From the NCBI RefSeq assembly GCF_024521635.1, contig NW_026250417.1:1-64000 (forward strand): a stretch of DNA of 64,000 bases. The letters are read 5' to 3'. The position numbers and the translations under genes are program-made. The notes under the pieces were generated by a model. It was not told the DNA's origin. It worked only from the letters and a program-made list of their open reading frames with translations, and did no database searches. Shown piece after piece: positions 38,901-51,400 of the stretch (positions within the stretch are counted from its first letter, which is position 1; every line of letters starts with the position of its first letter). The stretch comes from Tricharina praecox (Eukaryota).

Positions 38901-39084
38901 CTCGCCCCTGTACCGCCTGCGCAGATCGTTGTCAGCTACATTCGGATCTTCACGGCATCCGGAAGGTAATGCGAACCGTCCCACTAGCAATTATTCCACC
39001 TCCCTGGAGGTTCGGATTCGGTCGCGCATCCCATAGCTGATCTGTCCGCTCGTCTTCTGTCCAGGGGTGTCGCCGAACAGACAT
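35954..39084 (-). CDS. Fungal NLR (short N-terminus, NB-ARC, TPR array), ~891 aa; predicted exons 39084-38977, 38916-38718, 38647-38573, 38299-38143, 38090-35954
   Basis: NPDFVGRE, spliced P-loop GLGGNGKT, WILIVDNFD, YTTRD, HLPLAI, LHRLV, six 42-aa TPRs. The NB-ARC-TPR part is secure; the three 5' exons are inferred from in-phase splice signals. Confidence 0.85.
36152..36925 (-). repeat. 126-bp tandem repeat array encoding TPRs (about 6 units)
   Basis: (G/A)TCTTTTCCGAGGGCCTTCTC recurs at 36251, 36377, 36503, 36629, 36755 and 36881. Confidence 0.97.
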
Positions 39085-40917
39085 CTTGAAATGAGCTGAG
39101 GATCAATGGAACAAGTCGAACGTAGACGGAAAGCTGCGGAGTGTGTGGTTGGGAGTGAAAAGTAAAGATCTATGGTAGCTAGCAGTTGTTCTATTCTCCT
39201 ACTCTAGCAGCTGGCACGACTGTCTGCAGAGTCTACGGGCAGTGCCCACCCATCTGGACAACTGGAAAATCAAGTCGGCCAATCGAGTGTGTACAAGAAG
39301 CTACAATACATGGACCATCACGGATTACAGCCGCAAATAAGCACTAGTCTATATGAGGAGCGCACTAAGCCAGATACTGTCAACCGAGTGAGTGGTTATG
39401 ACTACACTGTACAGTAGAGCAGAGGGCAGGCGGTGTGATGTACGAGGTGCACTCGTGAGCGAAAACCTGTTTCAGCGAACGAGGAGCCAAGTCCTCTTTC
39501 TCGCCAAGTCATGATGCTGATCAATAGCCCAATGCTCTCGCCCAACCTTATTCGTGCTCCCGTCTTGGCCCTTTCACCAACACTATCTATGTATTCTTAG
39601 CCGTCTTCCAAGCCTCCATCACGTGCCCATATCAGCCTCCATCGGCACATAGGGCGTACAATACGATGAAGATAAAGTTCGATACCCGATACCTTTCCCA
39701 TTCCCACTCCTCAGCTCCCCGCCTTGCCAACCCCCCCCCCCCCCCCCCCCCCCCCCCCTCGGAGCCGTCCAGCACCCACTATTCTGCGCCCACTATGGTG
39801 GTGAGGCAGCACTTACCCTTACACCCATCTTTCACCCTGTACGTACCTATGTATGCTCATGCGCACAGGCTCGAGCCGCAGCTAACTACGAGTACAGCGA
39901 TCGCGAGTTATGCCTACCAACCGATCCTAAGTCACTCAATTCTTCACCGCCTAAGGCTTCGGGGTCAAATAGATGTGGCTTGAGTGCTGGGTTTTCAGGC
40001 GCGAATGAGCTGCTGATGGCGCATCTGATCCCGTTCCTCCCGCACCCATCTCCCATTGCCGCCATCCATCCATATACCACCCCACTAACACCACGAGTCA
40101 CGTACCCCAGAAGCTTCAATACAGTCACCGACTTATAAGATCTCTGCGACCGGAACTTGCCCCGATGTTCAAGTTACTGTACCGTACTCTATTGTGGCGT
40201 CAGTGAGAAGGTCGACACGTGCGGAAGCTTGGTACATTGGCGGGGACTGAGATTCCAAGCTCATGAGATAGACTTGGAAAGAGGCACACCACTGCGTGCG
40301 GTGGCGGTGCCATGTCAGCTCGGCACAGGTCAACGGTTCTTCATGTGCAGCCGTGCTTCCCGCAAGCCTCGGTACACCGCTTTTCGTACAACAACAGTGT
40401 GGTATGTATCTCAACGACATATCCCCCCACCGCCGCATACAGATAATCCTTGATTGCCCAGAGCCCACACGCCCCAAGCGCTAGCCGGAGCTGGAACCAA
40501 CCAGGAAAGATTCCGAATAATCCGAGGATTCCAAGTTGGCTGCACGATATCTCACTCGGTGATTCTAAATGCTGAGCCGCAATCAGCTGCCAGAAACCGG
40601 AAAGGGAACAAGCGATAGTTCTGTTGGCTCGAGTGTGGACGACTACATATCAGATGTTGACACGAGCGAATTTGCGTCGAAATTTCTTCGTGACCATCAC
40701 ACTGGCGGAAATGGGAACGACTACGTTCCGACAAGCAGGGCCCCGCTAGTTGGATCTTCAAGTAGTACATCAGACCCGGAGAAGTCGGGCATAACTAGAG
40801 GTCCAATACTATTATGACCGGATACGGTCGAATACAGAATAATGAATATGAAGAAGAAAACCCCTTCTCTACAATACAGAATCGACCGTCAAAGTCATCG
40901 GTTCCCATACAAATCTT

Positions 40918-42338
40918 CTATTCCTCGTCAAGTGCAATCTCGATCACGCCATACACCTGATTATCTGGCAAATTGATGTTCAGAATCTTCAGTCTGTCGT
41001 CCGCCAGCTTCACCAGCTTGTGCCAGTCGGCAGCGCCTCTCTCTTTGCCGCCCAGAAGACTCATCATAAACAAGTCTCCGCATCTGTTTTCACCGTCAGC
41101 AGGTGTCTTCATCCGGCATCGTAGGTGGGGATGGCGTGCCTCTGCATCTTTTCCAACACCTTGGGCGCAGAGCCAGGATCCGGTAGGACATAATCGACGA
41201 TCACAATCCGAGCGCCCTTCTTCATCGATGGTATGATGTTCTTCAGAATCTTGGCGCAGTACGTGTCGGACCAGTCGTGCATGATGTGGCGGAAGAAGTA
41301 GACGTCGGCGTCCTTGACGGGCTGGGGGTCGAAGAAGCTGTGTGCCATGAAGCTGACCCGGCAATTATCCTCGGCATTCGGCAGAAGCTGGTTGAAGTTG
41401 GCGGACGCGAGCTCGACGACCGGCGGAAGATCCTGCACGATGAACTTGAGCTCCTTGTGTAGTGGGGCGAGGGCCGCCTCGACCGAGCCGTGGGATCCCC
41501 CGACATCGACGACCAATCCTCCCTCCAGTTTCGCCCAATCGAAACCCGCCAGCACCTCCTCGGCGGTATGGCTCTTCCCCGCGGTGCCCCCGTACTTCCA
41601 CATGTACCTCATCATGCCGGCCAGGTACTTCCCACGGTGCTGCTCTTCGGGGCGCTGGATGAAGGTGAAATAATTATCGTCGGTATCGAACGCGATATTG
41701 AACGCGGTAGTCTTGCACTCCTCGACGCCGCCGAACTTGGCAACGGCTTCATTGAAATGCGCAGCAGACTGGAATCCCTCTTCAAGACACGGCTTCATCG
41801 CCTCCTTCAGCAGCTGATTCTCCTTCATGGCCCGCGAACTGGCCGTGTGCCGCACGCGGCCCGGGCAGAACTCGTCAAAGATCCGCATCGTCGTGGCGTG
41901 GCGCACGATGCGCGTGATCACCTCCTCGTCAACGCCGGTCGCCGCCGCGATCTCGGCGTACGAGGCGCCTTCGTCCGTCAGCGGTACCGCATCCGCCACA
42001 CAGAAGCTGTTCAGCGCGCGCAGCGTCATCGACGTGAAGTGGTTCTGTTCCGACCGTCAGTCCTAGTGCTCCCCTACATCACCACGAGCGACACTTACCG
42101 CGATTGACCCCCACATCACCGAGTTCGTCGGGCCCTCCGTGAGATCGTAGATGGTCTTGGAGGCGTCCATCAAGGCGGTCCGGGCTTTGTGGAGGCTGTC
42201 GGGGGCGTGCCCGGGCAGCGGGAACATTGCTGGCCCATCACGGTCGAACGACGGCTGCGGCAGGTCGTGCTCGGCGATGTAGACGTCGAGCGCCTGTGCG
42301 TGCTTGAGGATCTCGGTGGCTATGGCGGTGAGGGACAT
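40918..42338 (-). CDS. SAM-dependent O-methyltransferase (Methyltransf_2, fungal secondary-metabolism type), ~436 aa; exons 42338-42099, 42044-41140, 41083-40918
   Basis: VVDVGGSHG, IVQDL, HSFF, RHIMHDW, DLFMM...GKER motifs; second intron is GC-AG. Confidence 0.93.
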
Positions 42339-44529
42339 AGCTGCGGCGGAATGGATGGGGACGGTGAGCGCAACAGCGGAGGAGAATTGACGCCAGGAAT
42401 GGACCGCTCTTTAAGCTGGTCGATGAATGAGCGTGAGCTGGAGCTGGACGAGACCAGGAATGCGAGCATGCGAGGGGTCAGTTAGCTCATGCTGGCAGTC
42501 CTGATACGTATACAGGTACATAACTACCTCGGTTGGCCCTCGCAGCAGGTCCCCATATGCTCCTACGAACGGACGCGGCCTTCCAATCGGCACAGGACAA
42601 GATACATCCGCAAGTACATCCGCATGCTCTTGGCGGCCCACATCCGACGTCTATGTACAATATGTACATACGGAGTGAACGGCAATAGCCAATTACACGC
42701 GGCAGACTGCAGAGCGATAGCTACTACCTAGCGTCGACCAATCGAACCCCGCCAAGCGGCAAAAGCAGAGTCCATCATATCTGCGGCCTACGTAGGTACA
42801 TACTCCACGCCATTTCTGCACGCAATCATCAGCAGATCCCGCGCATCGTCACATGGGATTGCCGCCCTTACGACTCACGATTGCCATCATAACCCCGAGC
42901 ACCCCCGAGAAATGCGCAACCCCGGTTCCGACCGCTATCGATGCAGGCCCAAACTTCCACTGCAAGTGCTGTAGGCCTGTAGGTACACCGTACATATCGA
43001 TATCGGCTGCATTTTCCTGCCGCGTACGGCGGAATAAATACGTGTGCATGAAGGATTATTAGTAGAGTATTTACCCCGCCGTGGATGTGCCCAGGCTCTC
43101 TCTAGCCAGTGGGGGCGGCTGCGGCGTTTGCGGGTTTGCGGAGTTTCGTATCGAGGTGGCGCGGCCGGCCGCTGGCATGACCGCATAAGTACCGGTACTT
43201 GGTAGTTGGCACGTGGCGATAAGCGGAGTCCGGACTAGAGGACTTATGTACATACGCATAATGCAGCGTCGACCGGCTGTTGTGTGTACTCGAGTACATA
43301 CATAGAGAAGGTGAGGCTTGTTTGTTCACCACATACATACATACAACTACGTGGGGGAGGGCGGAGCGGGGGCGCGCGGGATACGATGTAGAACAACCAC
43401 GCCATCGCACGAACCGGTCCCCGTCACGTGCGAGCACTCGCGCGCTCAAGCGCAACCGAGTGAGCGCCCATGCCTGACTACCAGACTGCAAGACTGTGCT
43501 CGATACAACCTACCACCGGGGCCCGGGGCAGACATTCCAATGCACATCGTGCCTGCCTGTGGCCACTGTCGCCACTGTCGCCTGCTCTCCGTCGGTGCCA
43601 GGGCCGGAGGAGGAGGACGGGATTCGTGCCCATGCCGGCCGATCAAGGAGGGACAGAGGGACAGAGGGACGGAGGGACGGAGGAACAGAGCTTGTTCGCC
43701 CCGTAGGTTGTTGGTCGGCAATGCTAAGCGACGGGTCTCGTCCTCTATGTTGGAGTCTGGGTACGTGCACTCGATAATGGATAATCTACAAGCCATCTAC
43801 ATACCGACGTCTACACAGTACACAGTGCACCATACCACCATTACCATCCCGTTTGCCCCCCAACTCTTCCATCGGACCCGGTAACATTAGCGGTACTAGT
43901 AGCGGAAGTGGAAGCGGTTCCTCCAAACGCGCGCTATCGCCTCGCTTCGGGACTTCAGCGAGACGCTGGCTGTCCCATCGCAAGATTCGCAGCATTCCTC
44001 CGCTCCCAGCTCTCGCCAGTAACCACTGACCAATAACCAATAACCACCGACCACGAGTCCATGACTCATCTACCACTGGCTATATGTATACTGACCAATG
44101 AGCACCCACGACCCACAAGTATCTGCGCGGATCTAAAAATACACAAATACCCGCCCGGCGCCCGCTTTGATCCAGCGAATCATCGAGTGCACACCGCGGT
44201 CCACACCGCGGTCCGCGCTAGATATGTAACTATCGCATGTCTCAGACTCCATTCGAGTTGGGCTATCAATAGCCTCATGCGGTTGTGGTTAAAAATACCT
44301 AGAGATCTAGCGACTAGCGGTAGTTGGCACCGTGATAGCACGTGCCTGGTGAATTCGATCCAACCTTCTCCAGACTTGAGTCTTAAGTCTTCGACCGAAA
44401 ACTCGAAGTCTGGTCGGTCACCACCTGCATCACGAGTGACGAGAAAAGAGCGGAAAAAGGGACTTCCTAGGTATCATGATTCATTCTGCAAAGAAAACAT
44501 CTAAACTTTAAACAGACCGCAATTGATTT

Positions 44530-44631
44530 TTCCCATATTCCCATATTCCCATATTCCCATATTCCCATATTCCCATATTCCCATATCCCCACATTCCTAT
44601 CTTCCCATATTCCCATACCTATTCCCATATT
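44530..44631. repeat. (TCCCATAT)n 8-bp tandem repeat
   Basis: About 7 perfect units followed by degenerate units. Confidence 0.9.
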
Positions 44632-45255
44632 CGCACACCTCCTACCCAACATCCCAAGTCCAACGTCCAAGTATCCAAACCCCCAAGCCTCCGAGTATCC
44701 ATCGTAGAAATCAAAAAAACAACCATCTCGAGTTCCCGTATCCACGAGCATCTGCAATTACAACCACGAATCGAAGTAGAAAAAAAAATATCATAAAGTG
44801 AAGTAAACGCCAAACCGGACCTCTCCTACAGAAAAAAAATAACCCGCCCCAAATCCAAATCCAAATATCCAAGTATCCCCGATCCCAGACCGAAAGAAAA
44901 AAGCTCCAAGCCCCCCAAGCCCCGTCCCCTATCCCCATCTCAACCATAAACAAACAAAGAAACAGAAACAGAAAATAGATAGAAAAACAAACAACTGCCC
45001 GTAACTCATCCACATCGTCCCATCCCTAACCCGTCCTAACTACACTACACGCAAGAAGAACAAGAATCGAAAAGAAGAACAAAAAGAAGCAGAAAGAAGA
45101 AGAAGCGAAGTGAAGAAGTAAACAAAGTGGAGCGTCAAACAAAAGCCAAAACAGATCCGTCGCTATGATGATCCAACATACGTGCACCGAAGCCAAATCA
45201 AAATCCAAATCCAAACTGAAAACCAAAAACAAAAGAAAGAAAAAAGTGTGACAAT

Positions 45256-48200
45256 CTACACGCGCTCACCATTGACCTCGACCTCGAACCCCTGGCCCTT
45301 CTGCTTAATCGCCTTAGCGAGCATGAGCTCACGCATCCAATCGATGCGCTCCTCGCGACTCCCAACGGCAAAGCAGTGAACCTTGCCCAAACTCTTCTTT
45401 CCGCCCTTGCTGGCATCATTCGCCGGAACAAGCTGGAAGAAGTACGAGCCAGGCGTGCCATCCTCCTTCTTCTTGCCAAAGATGCGACCGGCCTTAAACG
45501 CGGCAGACAATTTCGTGCTGCCAGAGTTAGAGCACGCGACCTGGTACTGATCCATATCGATAGCGCCCTCCTCGGAGACGCCGACGTCGCGGGCGTAACC
45601 CAAGCGTGTGCCGCGGAGGACAAAGTGGTGGTCAGGCCACTCGTGGCGGAACCAGTTTGTGCGGCGCTTCTTCATCCAACCGGAGTGGGTGCGCATGCTG
45701 GGCGACGGCGCCATCTTCGGCTCCTCGTCTACGGCCTCCCACTCGGCGTTCTCGTCGACGATGTTGAGGTGGGTGGGGCGGAGGGGCGCGGAGCGAGGGC
45801 CGGCGGGGATGATGGGTGCGGTGAGAGATTCGAGGGTCGGCGTGGGGAAGCGGCGGTAGTGCGCGTCTGGCGGCACGGACTGCGATTGGTCGCGGAAGTT
45901 GACGGGCGTGCCGGTCGGGCATGGGACGTCTGCCTCCGAGAAGGGGGTGGTAGTGCGCATCATGGGGCCGCGCGCGGAGACGCTCGAGATGCTGCTCGCG
46001 TATGGGGGAACAACCTGCTCCATACCCTGGATGCGGAGACCGCAGGATGGAGTCTGAGACCGAACGGGAGGGGTGGTCTGCGACCTGGGTAGCTGGGCCG
46101 CTGCGGCGGCAGCCATGGGTACCGACTGGTGCGACGCCGCCGGGATCGCGGCGAGGCGGCTCTGGGCGGCGTAGGAAGGGTAGCCTGCGGAGTGAGGAGG
46201 GATGGACATCTCACGCGCGACGGGAGGAGGGGAAGGAGTCGAGCGCTGAGCACGGTTCATGTCATCCTGAGACTTGTTGGGCACGGGAGGGGGAGATGTT
46301 CGTCGCTCTTCCATGTGCTGCAAGTGCTGGTGGGTAAGGAACTTCCTGACGTTGTCCAGGGGATCCAGGCGAGAAACCTCACGGAGGACGCTCTCCTTGA
46401 GTCGGATGTCGCTGCGGTTGAACTGGCCCAGGGCATCCGAGGATGCGATGATGCTGGGGCTGTAGCTCTGGGGACGGGGCGACCCGGAAGCGATCGACTC
46501 GAGCATCGGCAGAGGCTCGTTGTCAAAGGCGGCAATGCTGGGAGTGGTGGCGATGAGGATGGTTCCGGCATCGGAGACCACTTCGGACCTGATCCTTCTC
46601 CTCAGAGTGGTGGTCTTGGTCTTGGCGGTCAGTTGCGCCTGCTTTCCGTGCTTGCGGCACCGGTCACCCTTCTTGCAGTTGTGAGCCTTGGGCTCATCCG
46701 ACTTCTTCCTGTACTTGCGGGCAGCCCTCAGGGACACCGAGTCGGATGGCGCTAAGCTCTCGCGCTTGCTCCTGCTGCGTCCAATGGGACGGCTGTTCTC
46801 GAACGAGGTCATGGCCTCGATCTTGGCGACGTATCCACCGGGCGCCTCGTCGTCGGACTGGATGATGATCGAGTCGACGGCAAGGGTGCGCTGAGGCATG
46901 CGGACCTGCATGCGCTTGCTCTTCTTGCGCACCTGGGGGCGGGTACGTTGGCGAGGACCGTCGTCGGAACCTTCCTCGTCGGCCTCGGAGACGATATCGG
47001 GCTCGGAGGGACACTTCATGGTCACGGCCGGGAGCTGCTCCATCATCGGGGAAGCCATCTGCTGTTGAAGGCCGGATTGGGGGTGCGACTGCCTCGACAT
47101 CGAGGGGAACCGGGCCGACCGAGCGGATTGAGGCATCACGGGAAGATCGGGAAGGATCATGGACTCGAACTCATCGGCGGTCATCATCTGCGAGCCGACC
47201 GAAACCGAAGAGTTGGAGCGCATCCTTGGGGTCTGGGCGAGGCGAGGGGTCGAAACGGTGCGTGTGGAGTTGACACTGCCGCTGCGGCACAGCCTGGCGG
47301 AAGATTGCACAAACTCGGCACGGTCCGGCGTAGGCAGGCTTGCGGCACGGAGGTGGTTGATCTCCGTCCACAGCTCGGTGCGCTTACCGAAGGAGTGGAT
47401 ACCCAACTATATTTCGATGTCAGCCCTTCGCTTACGAAAAAGAAAAAAGTGTCAAACAAACCTCCTTCAGATCCTCCCACTTCAGATCGATCAGGATCGC
47501 TCCGGTGATGTCGTTCTGTGCAAAGGCGTCGACCATCTCCTGGTCAAACAGCGCAGCCATCCACCTACACACCTGGAAGGTAGCCCATCCTCGCACCGCG
47601 TCGGTGTCGAAAAAGCATTCGCTCTGCGGCCGCATGATCATGATCTCCTCGCCCTCATCGGCCGACGAGGCATAAGAGAACCTGTGGCTGTGGCGGGTGG
47701 ACGGCGAGCGGAGCGATGGCGAGTGTACCGTCGGCGAACGGAGCGACGGCGAGCGGACCGAAGGCGATCGCACCGACGGAGAGCGGACTGATGGCGAGCG
47801 CACCGACGGCGATCGGAGCGATGGCGTGCGGACCGAAGGCGAACGGGTCGATGGCGAACGACCATCCACAATGGGAGTCGAAGGTATCGACAGGGTCGGG
47901 AGCGAGATATGGTTAGTGGAGATCTTGGAAGCATGGCTCGTCGAGAACGATCTGAACAAGTGCGGTCCCCTAGGGCCCTGCGTGGTCATCTCCTTCATCT
48001 GCATCTGCATCGACCCGGTAACCTCCATGGAGACAGCGCGTTCCCTTGGCGTCTTCTCATCATAGATCTCAATGTATCCATCGTTCATGTACTCCGGCGC
48101 AGGAGTCTTTGGCGTGTCCGGCCCGTACGACGAGATGGACGTCATGGAGTTGCGGCCCTCCGAGAAGGCCGAGTCGCTGTCGCTCAGCAGATCGCTCATG

Positions 48201-48409
48201 AACTTTGCGCGCGAGCTCAAGCTGTCGAAGCTCTCGGCATCGGACACATCGTCCTGTTCGGCGTGGCGCATGACCTGCGACTGCTTCCTCGACTGCCAGC
48301 CGCCGCCGTGCTGCGCCGACTTCCTCCGCGACGGCTGCTGCTCCTCGGCGTCAGACATGCTGTCGATCGAGGTGGCATTGGAGACCGGGCGCGATGGGCG
48401 CCGGCCCAT
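45256..48409 (-). CDS. SAM- and PH-domain protein (Boi1/Pob1-related architecture, no SH3 seen), at least 1032 aa; exons 48409-47462, 47406-45256; true start may be upstream
   Basis: SAM W...QV..W...F.QNDITG..L..L...DLKE|LGI.SFGKR across a 55-nt intron; C-terminal PH HSGWMKKR...W...FVL...DWMREL; in-frame splice acceptor at 48482 suggests a further 5' exon. Confidence 0.88.
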
Positions 48410-51400
48410 TGACAGTAGACGGGGAGGAATGGCGGTGTTGCCGTTCGTCTGGGAACGGCGGAATTGTAGAGACGAAGAGGCCTAGAAGCAAGCGAGTGAT
48501 CAGCACTGTAGTTGCCGATCGGTATGAGTGAGTTCGCTCACCATTTCTTTAATATTTTCGCGTACGATCACAGTCGTTCCGGAACGGCTATCGTAAGCCT
48601 CTGATGGTGTGGAGTCCACTTGCCTTTCACCGTTGTACAGCCAGATACAACTTGGAGAAGGATGGACTTGGCCCTGCTGGAGGGAGGAGTGAGTAGTGGT
48701 GGTGGTAGTAGTAGCGATGGACAATGTCGACTGCACAGATTCGCTTGCTGGTTTGCTGGAAACGACGACGAAGCTGCAGAATAAAAACAGAAAGCACAGC
48801 AAAGCAGTGAGGGAAGAAATGGTGATTATATTCAGGCGGAAAGAGTACGGCGCAGGACTCTTTTCGATACGGCGGGTGAGGGGGTGGTAGGCTTATGTAC
48901 TACGCTGGCTGCAGGCGCTCAGGTGTGGGTAGAACGCTAGGCTGGTAGGGATGGGGGCGTGGTATTTGGGGGGATGGGTGGTGGGTTTGGGGGGGATGGC
49001 CGAGGGGGTGGGGCAGGATGCTGGTAGAGTACAGACAGACAGCTATCCGTGTTGCTGGTTGGCTGGGAGAAAGAGAGTGTGTGGTTGAGTGGACAGATGG
49101 GCGATGGTCTTGCTTGCAGTGTCAAAGCGAATGTGGGTGTGATGTTGGTATGTATTTCGAGTGTGTATGCGGCGGCCGTTCGTCGTCTATATACGGAGTC
49201 CACCATCAACGTCGAGGTCACTCTTCCCCCCATTGCGATGTCCTTTGGCGCTGAGGGGGGAGATCGAAAGAAGGCTGGTGCCACACTTGGGGCTTGGGAG
49301 GTTCGAGATGTGTGGCCGAACAGCACGGTAAGCGTGCGTGATCGCAGTTCGCGCTTCTATGTTTTTCCCTCTTCTTCTTGTTCTTTTCTTCTTTGGTTTC
49401 TTTTTTTCTTGTTCTTTTCTTCTTTTGTTTCTTCTTTTCTTCTTCTTGTCCTTTCGTCTGTCGTCTTCGTGCTTTCGTCGTTTCTTATTTCCATCTCTTC
49501 GTCTTCTTCCAGTTTTCCCTCGAGCATGCGGGCGGTGGGAGAGGCAGCAGAGGATTCTCTGCTCCAGCCACGGCCAGCGTTGGTTGCTTGCTCAAGGCGA
49601 TCCGCGCAGCCCGACATCCTGCGTGCCTTCGCCCACTCCCCTCCCCGGGCGAGGGCGAGAGCGCAACTCGGTTCTGCTCTACTTCGGTGACGAGGCACCA
49701 CCCCCCCCCCCCCACTCACCCACCACCCACCCTCCGCCGCCCAGCCTAGGTGCCAGCATCGTTGTTGTTGGGTTTATGGTTGGTGGTGGTGTGCGGTGGA
49801 GAAACAGCAGCCAGGATTCGGATTGGCTCGCACATCTGAAGATGCGACAGGGGGGGTTAAGCGCCCGCAGGTTGCTTGCACGGCACACTGTTGGTTGGGC
49901 CGCATTGCTCGCACCAAGTGCATTGCAGCCCCTCTATCTCTCAGACCGGGGCTGGGGGTGGGATGGGGGGGAGGGACAGATTAACGTCTTTTGCTCGAGG
50001 ACGAATGGGCGAAGAGTATGAGGGCGGGTTGTAGTCCACCGGTGGGGGAGACGGAGGTGGAGACAGGCATGGAGACAATGACGGAGACGGCGAGGATGGC
50101 AGCGAGACAGAGAGCCAGCTCTAAAACGGACAAAATAAAAAGCATCGTCGCTGCATCACAGCAGCCTGCTGTATTTACTCTAGACTCCAGTTAGACGGAT
50201 GTCGTGCTGTCTGTGGTTGACTGGCCTGGCCCTCCGTTCGAAGTTCGGGCCGAAAAGCAAAGAAAGCACATACATTCTGCGAAAGAAGAGAAAGAAAGAA
50301 GAAAAACCATCGAGGGTGTGCGCACTCACTCCACACACTTCTCTACTCTACGTGCATACACACATACCCAGCCCGGTGCGGTCCCACGATGCATGTCCGA
50401 CTACTTACTTTGCACAGGTACTCTACATACATACGATATGATATGGAGAACCTGGGAAACTGCCATCTGCAGCCCAAGATCCGCATCGTCGCTCAAGGCG
50501 GTTGGTGCGTTTTCGGGTGTGATTGGGGCGGATTAGGTGGATTGCGGGAGGAGAGTGGATTGCGGGTGGAGAGTGGATTGCGAGGGAGGGCTGTCTGTCA
50601 CGGCGAACGGGCTTTCTCCGCCGGCGATACTCTACTCTAGCAGCGTAGGTACGAGCCCTCCATCCCATGACTCTGCCGAGCCCTGTTTGAACTTTGCATC
50701 TGTCGAGTCGGCATAGGGCAGTAGGGAAGTACTCTACTCTACTCTACTCTACCTAGCGAAGCACGTTCCGTACATCCATACCGCACATACTGTAGGTAGG
50801 GAACCTGCAGCCCGCAGCGTCCACCAGCAGAGCCCACCGGCAGAGTACGTACCGCCGACTACACCAGTAGAGCATGTACCGGTACCGCTGCGCGTGGGAG
50901 CTCGCTGTGAGTGGGAGCTCGCTGGGAGGTGGAGGCAGAAGAAGGTTTCGTTTGGGGTAGGTACATCCAGGCGGGCGGGCGAGATGACATCGCCGTTCCT
51001 GCTGCTGCTCCTGCTGCCGATGATGATGCGGGAAACGTACGTTCCGCTGGGAGTCTGGATGTCGACGGCAATGATGGTCAAATCTCAATCTCCACACTGG
51101 CCAATGCTGGGCAAGTACGACCGAAGTCGACGACAGCGGCAACGAGCGTTTCCACGCCCTCACGTGGGCAGTGGGCACAGTCCACAGAACACCTCGCCCC
51201 ACCGGTTCAGCAAGTCACAACTCGCAGGTTTCACCAGCGCCCTCCAAATCCTGATGCGAAACCCTTCCCGCTCGCGGCAGAAGATTTTTTCTTTCTTCTC
51301 CCCCCCTCCTTCCGCGCGCGGTCGCGTCAGGGTCCCCGAAGCAGACGCAGTCGAAGACTCCTCCTCCCGGATCCTCCTGCTCACCGAAATCGACGTCACG

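Noticed and set aside
39731..39758. C28 homopolymer and other poly-G/C tracts (14522, 49701, 55151, 57074)
   Set aside because: Common simple repeats; lengths are unreliable in assemblies and no function is supportable
29152..42338. Secondary-metabolite gene cluster (ABC exporter plus O-methyltransferase)
   Set aside because: No PKS, NRPS or terpene backbone gene and no cluster regulator in the window; the genes are separated by an NLR
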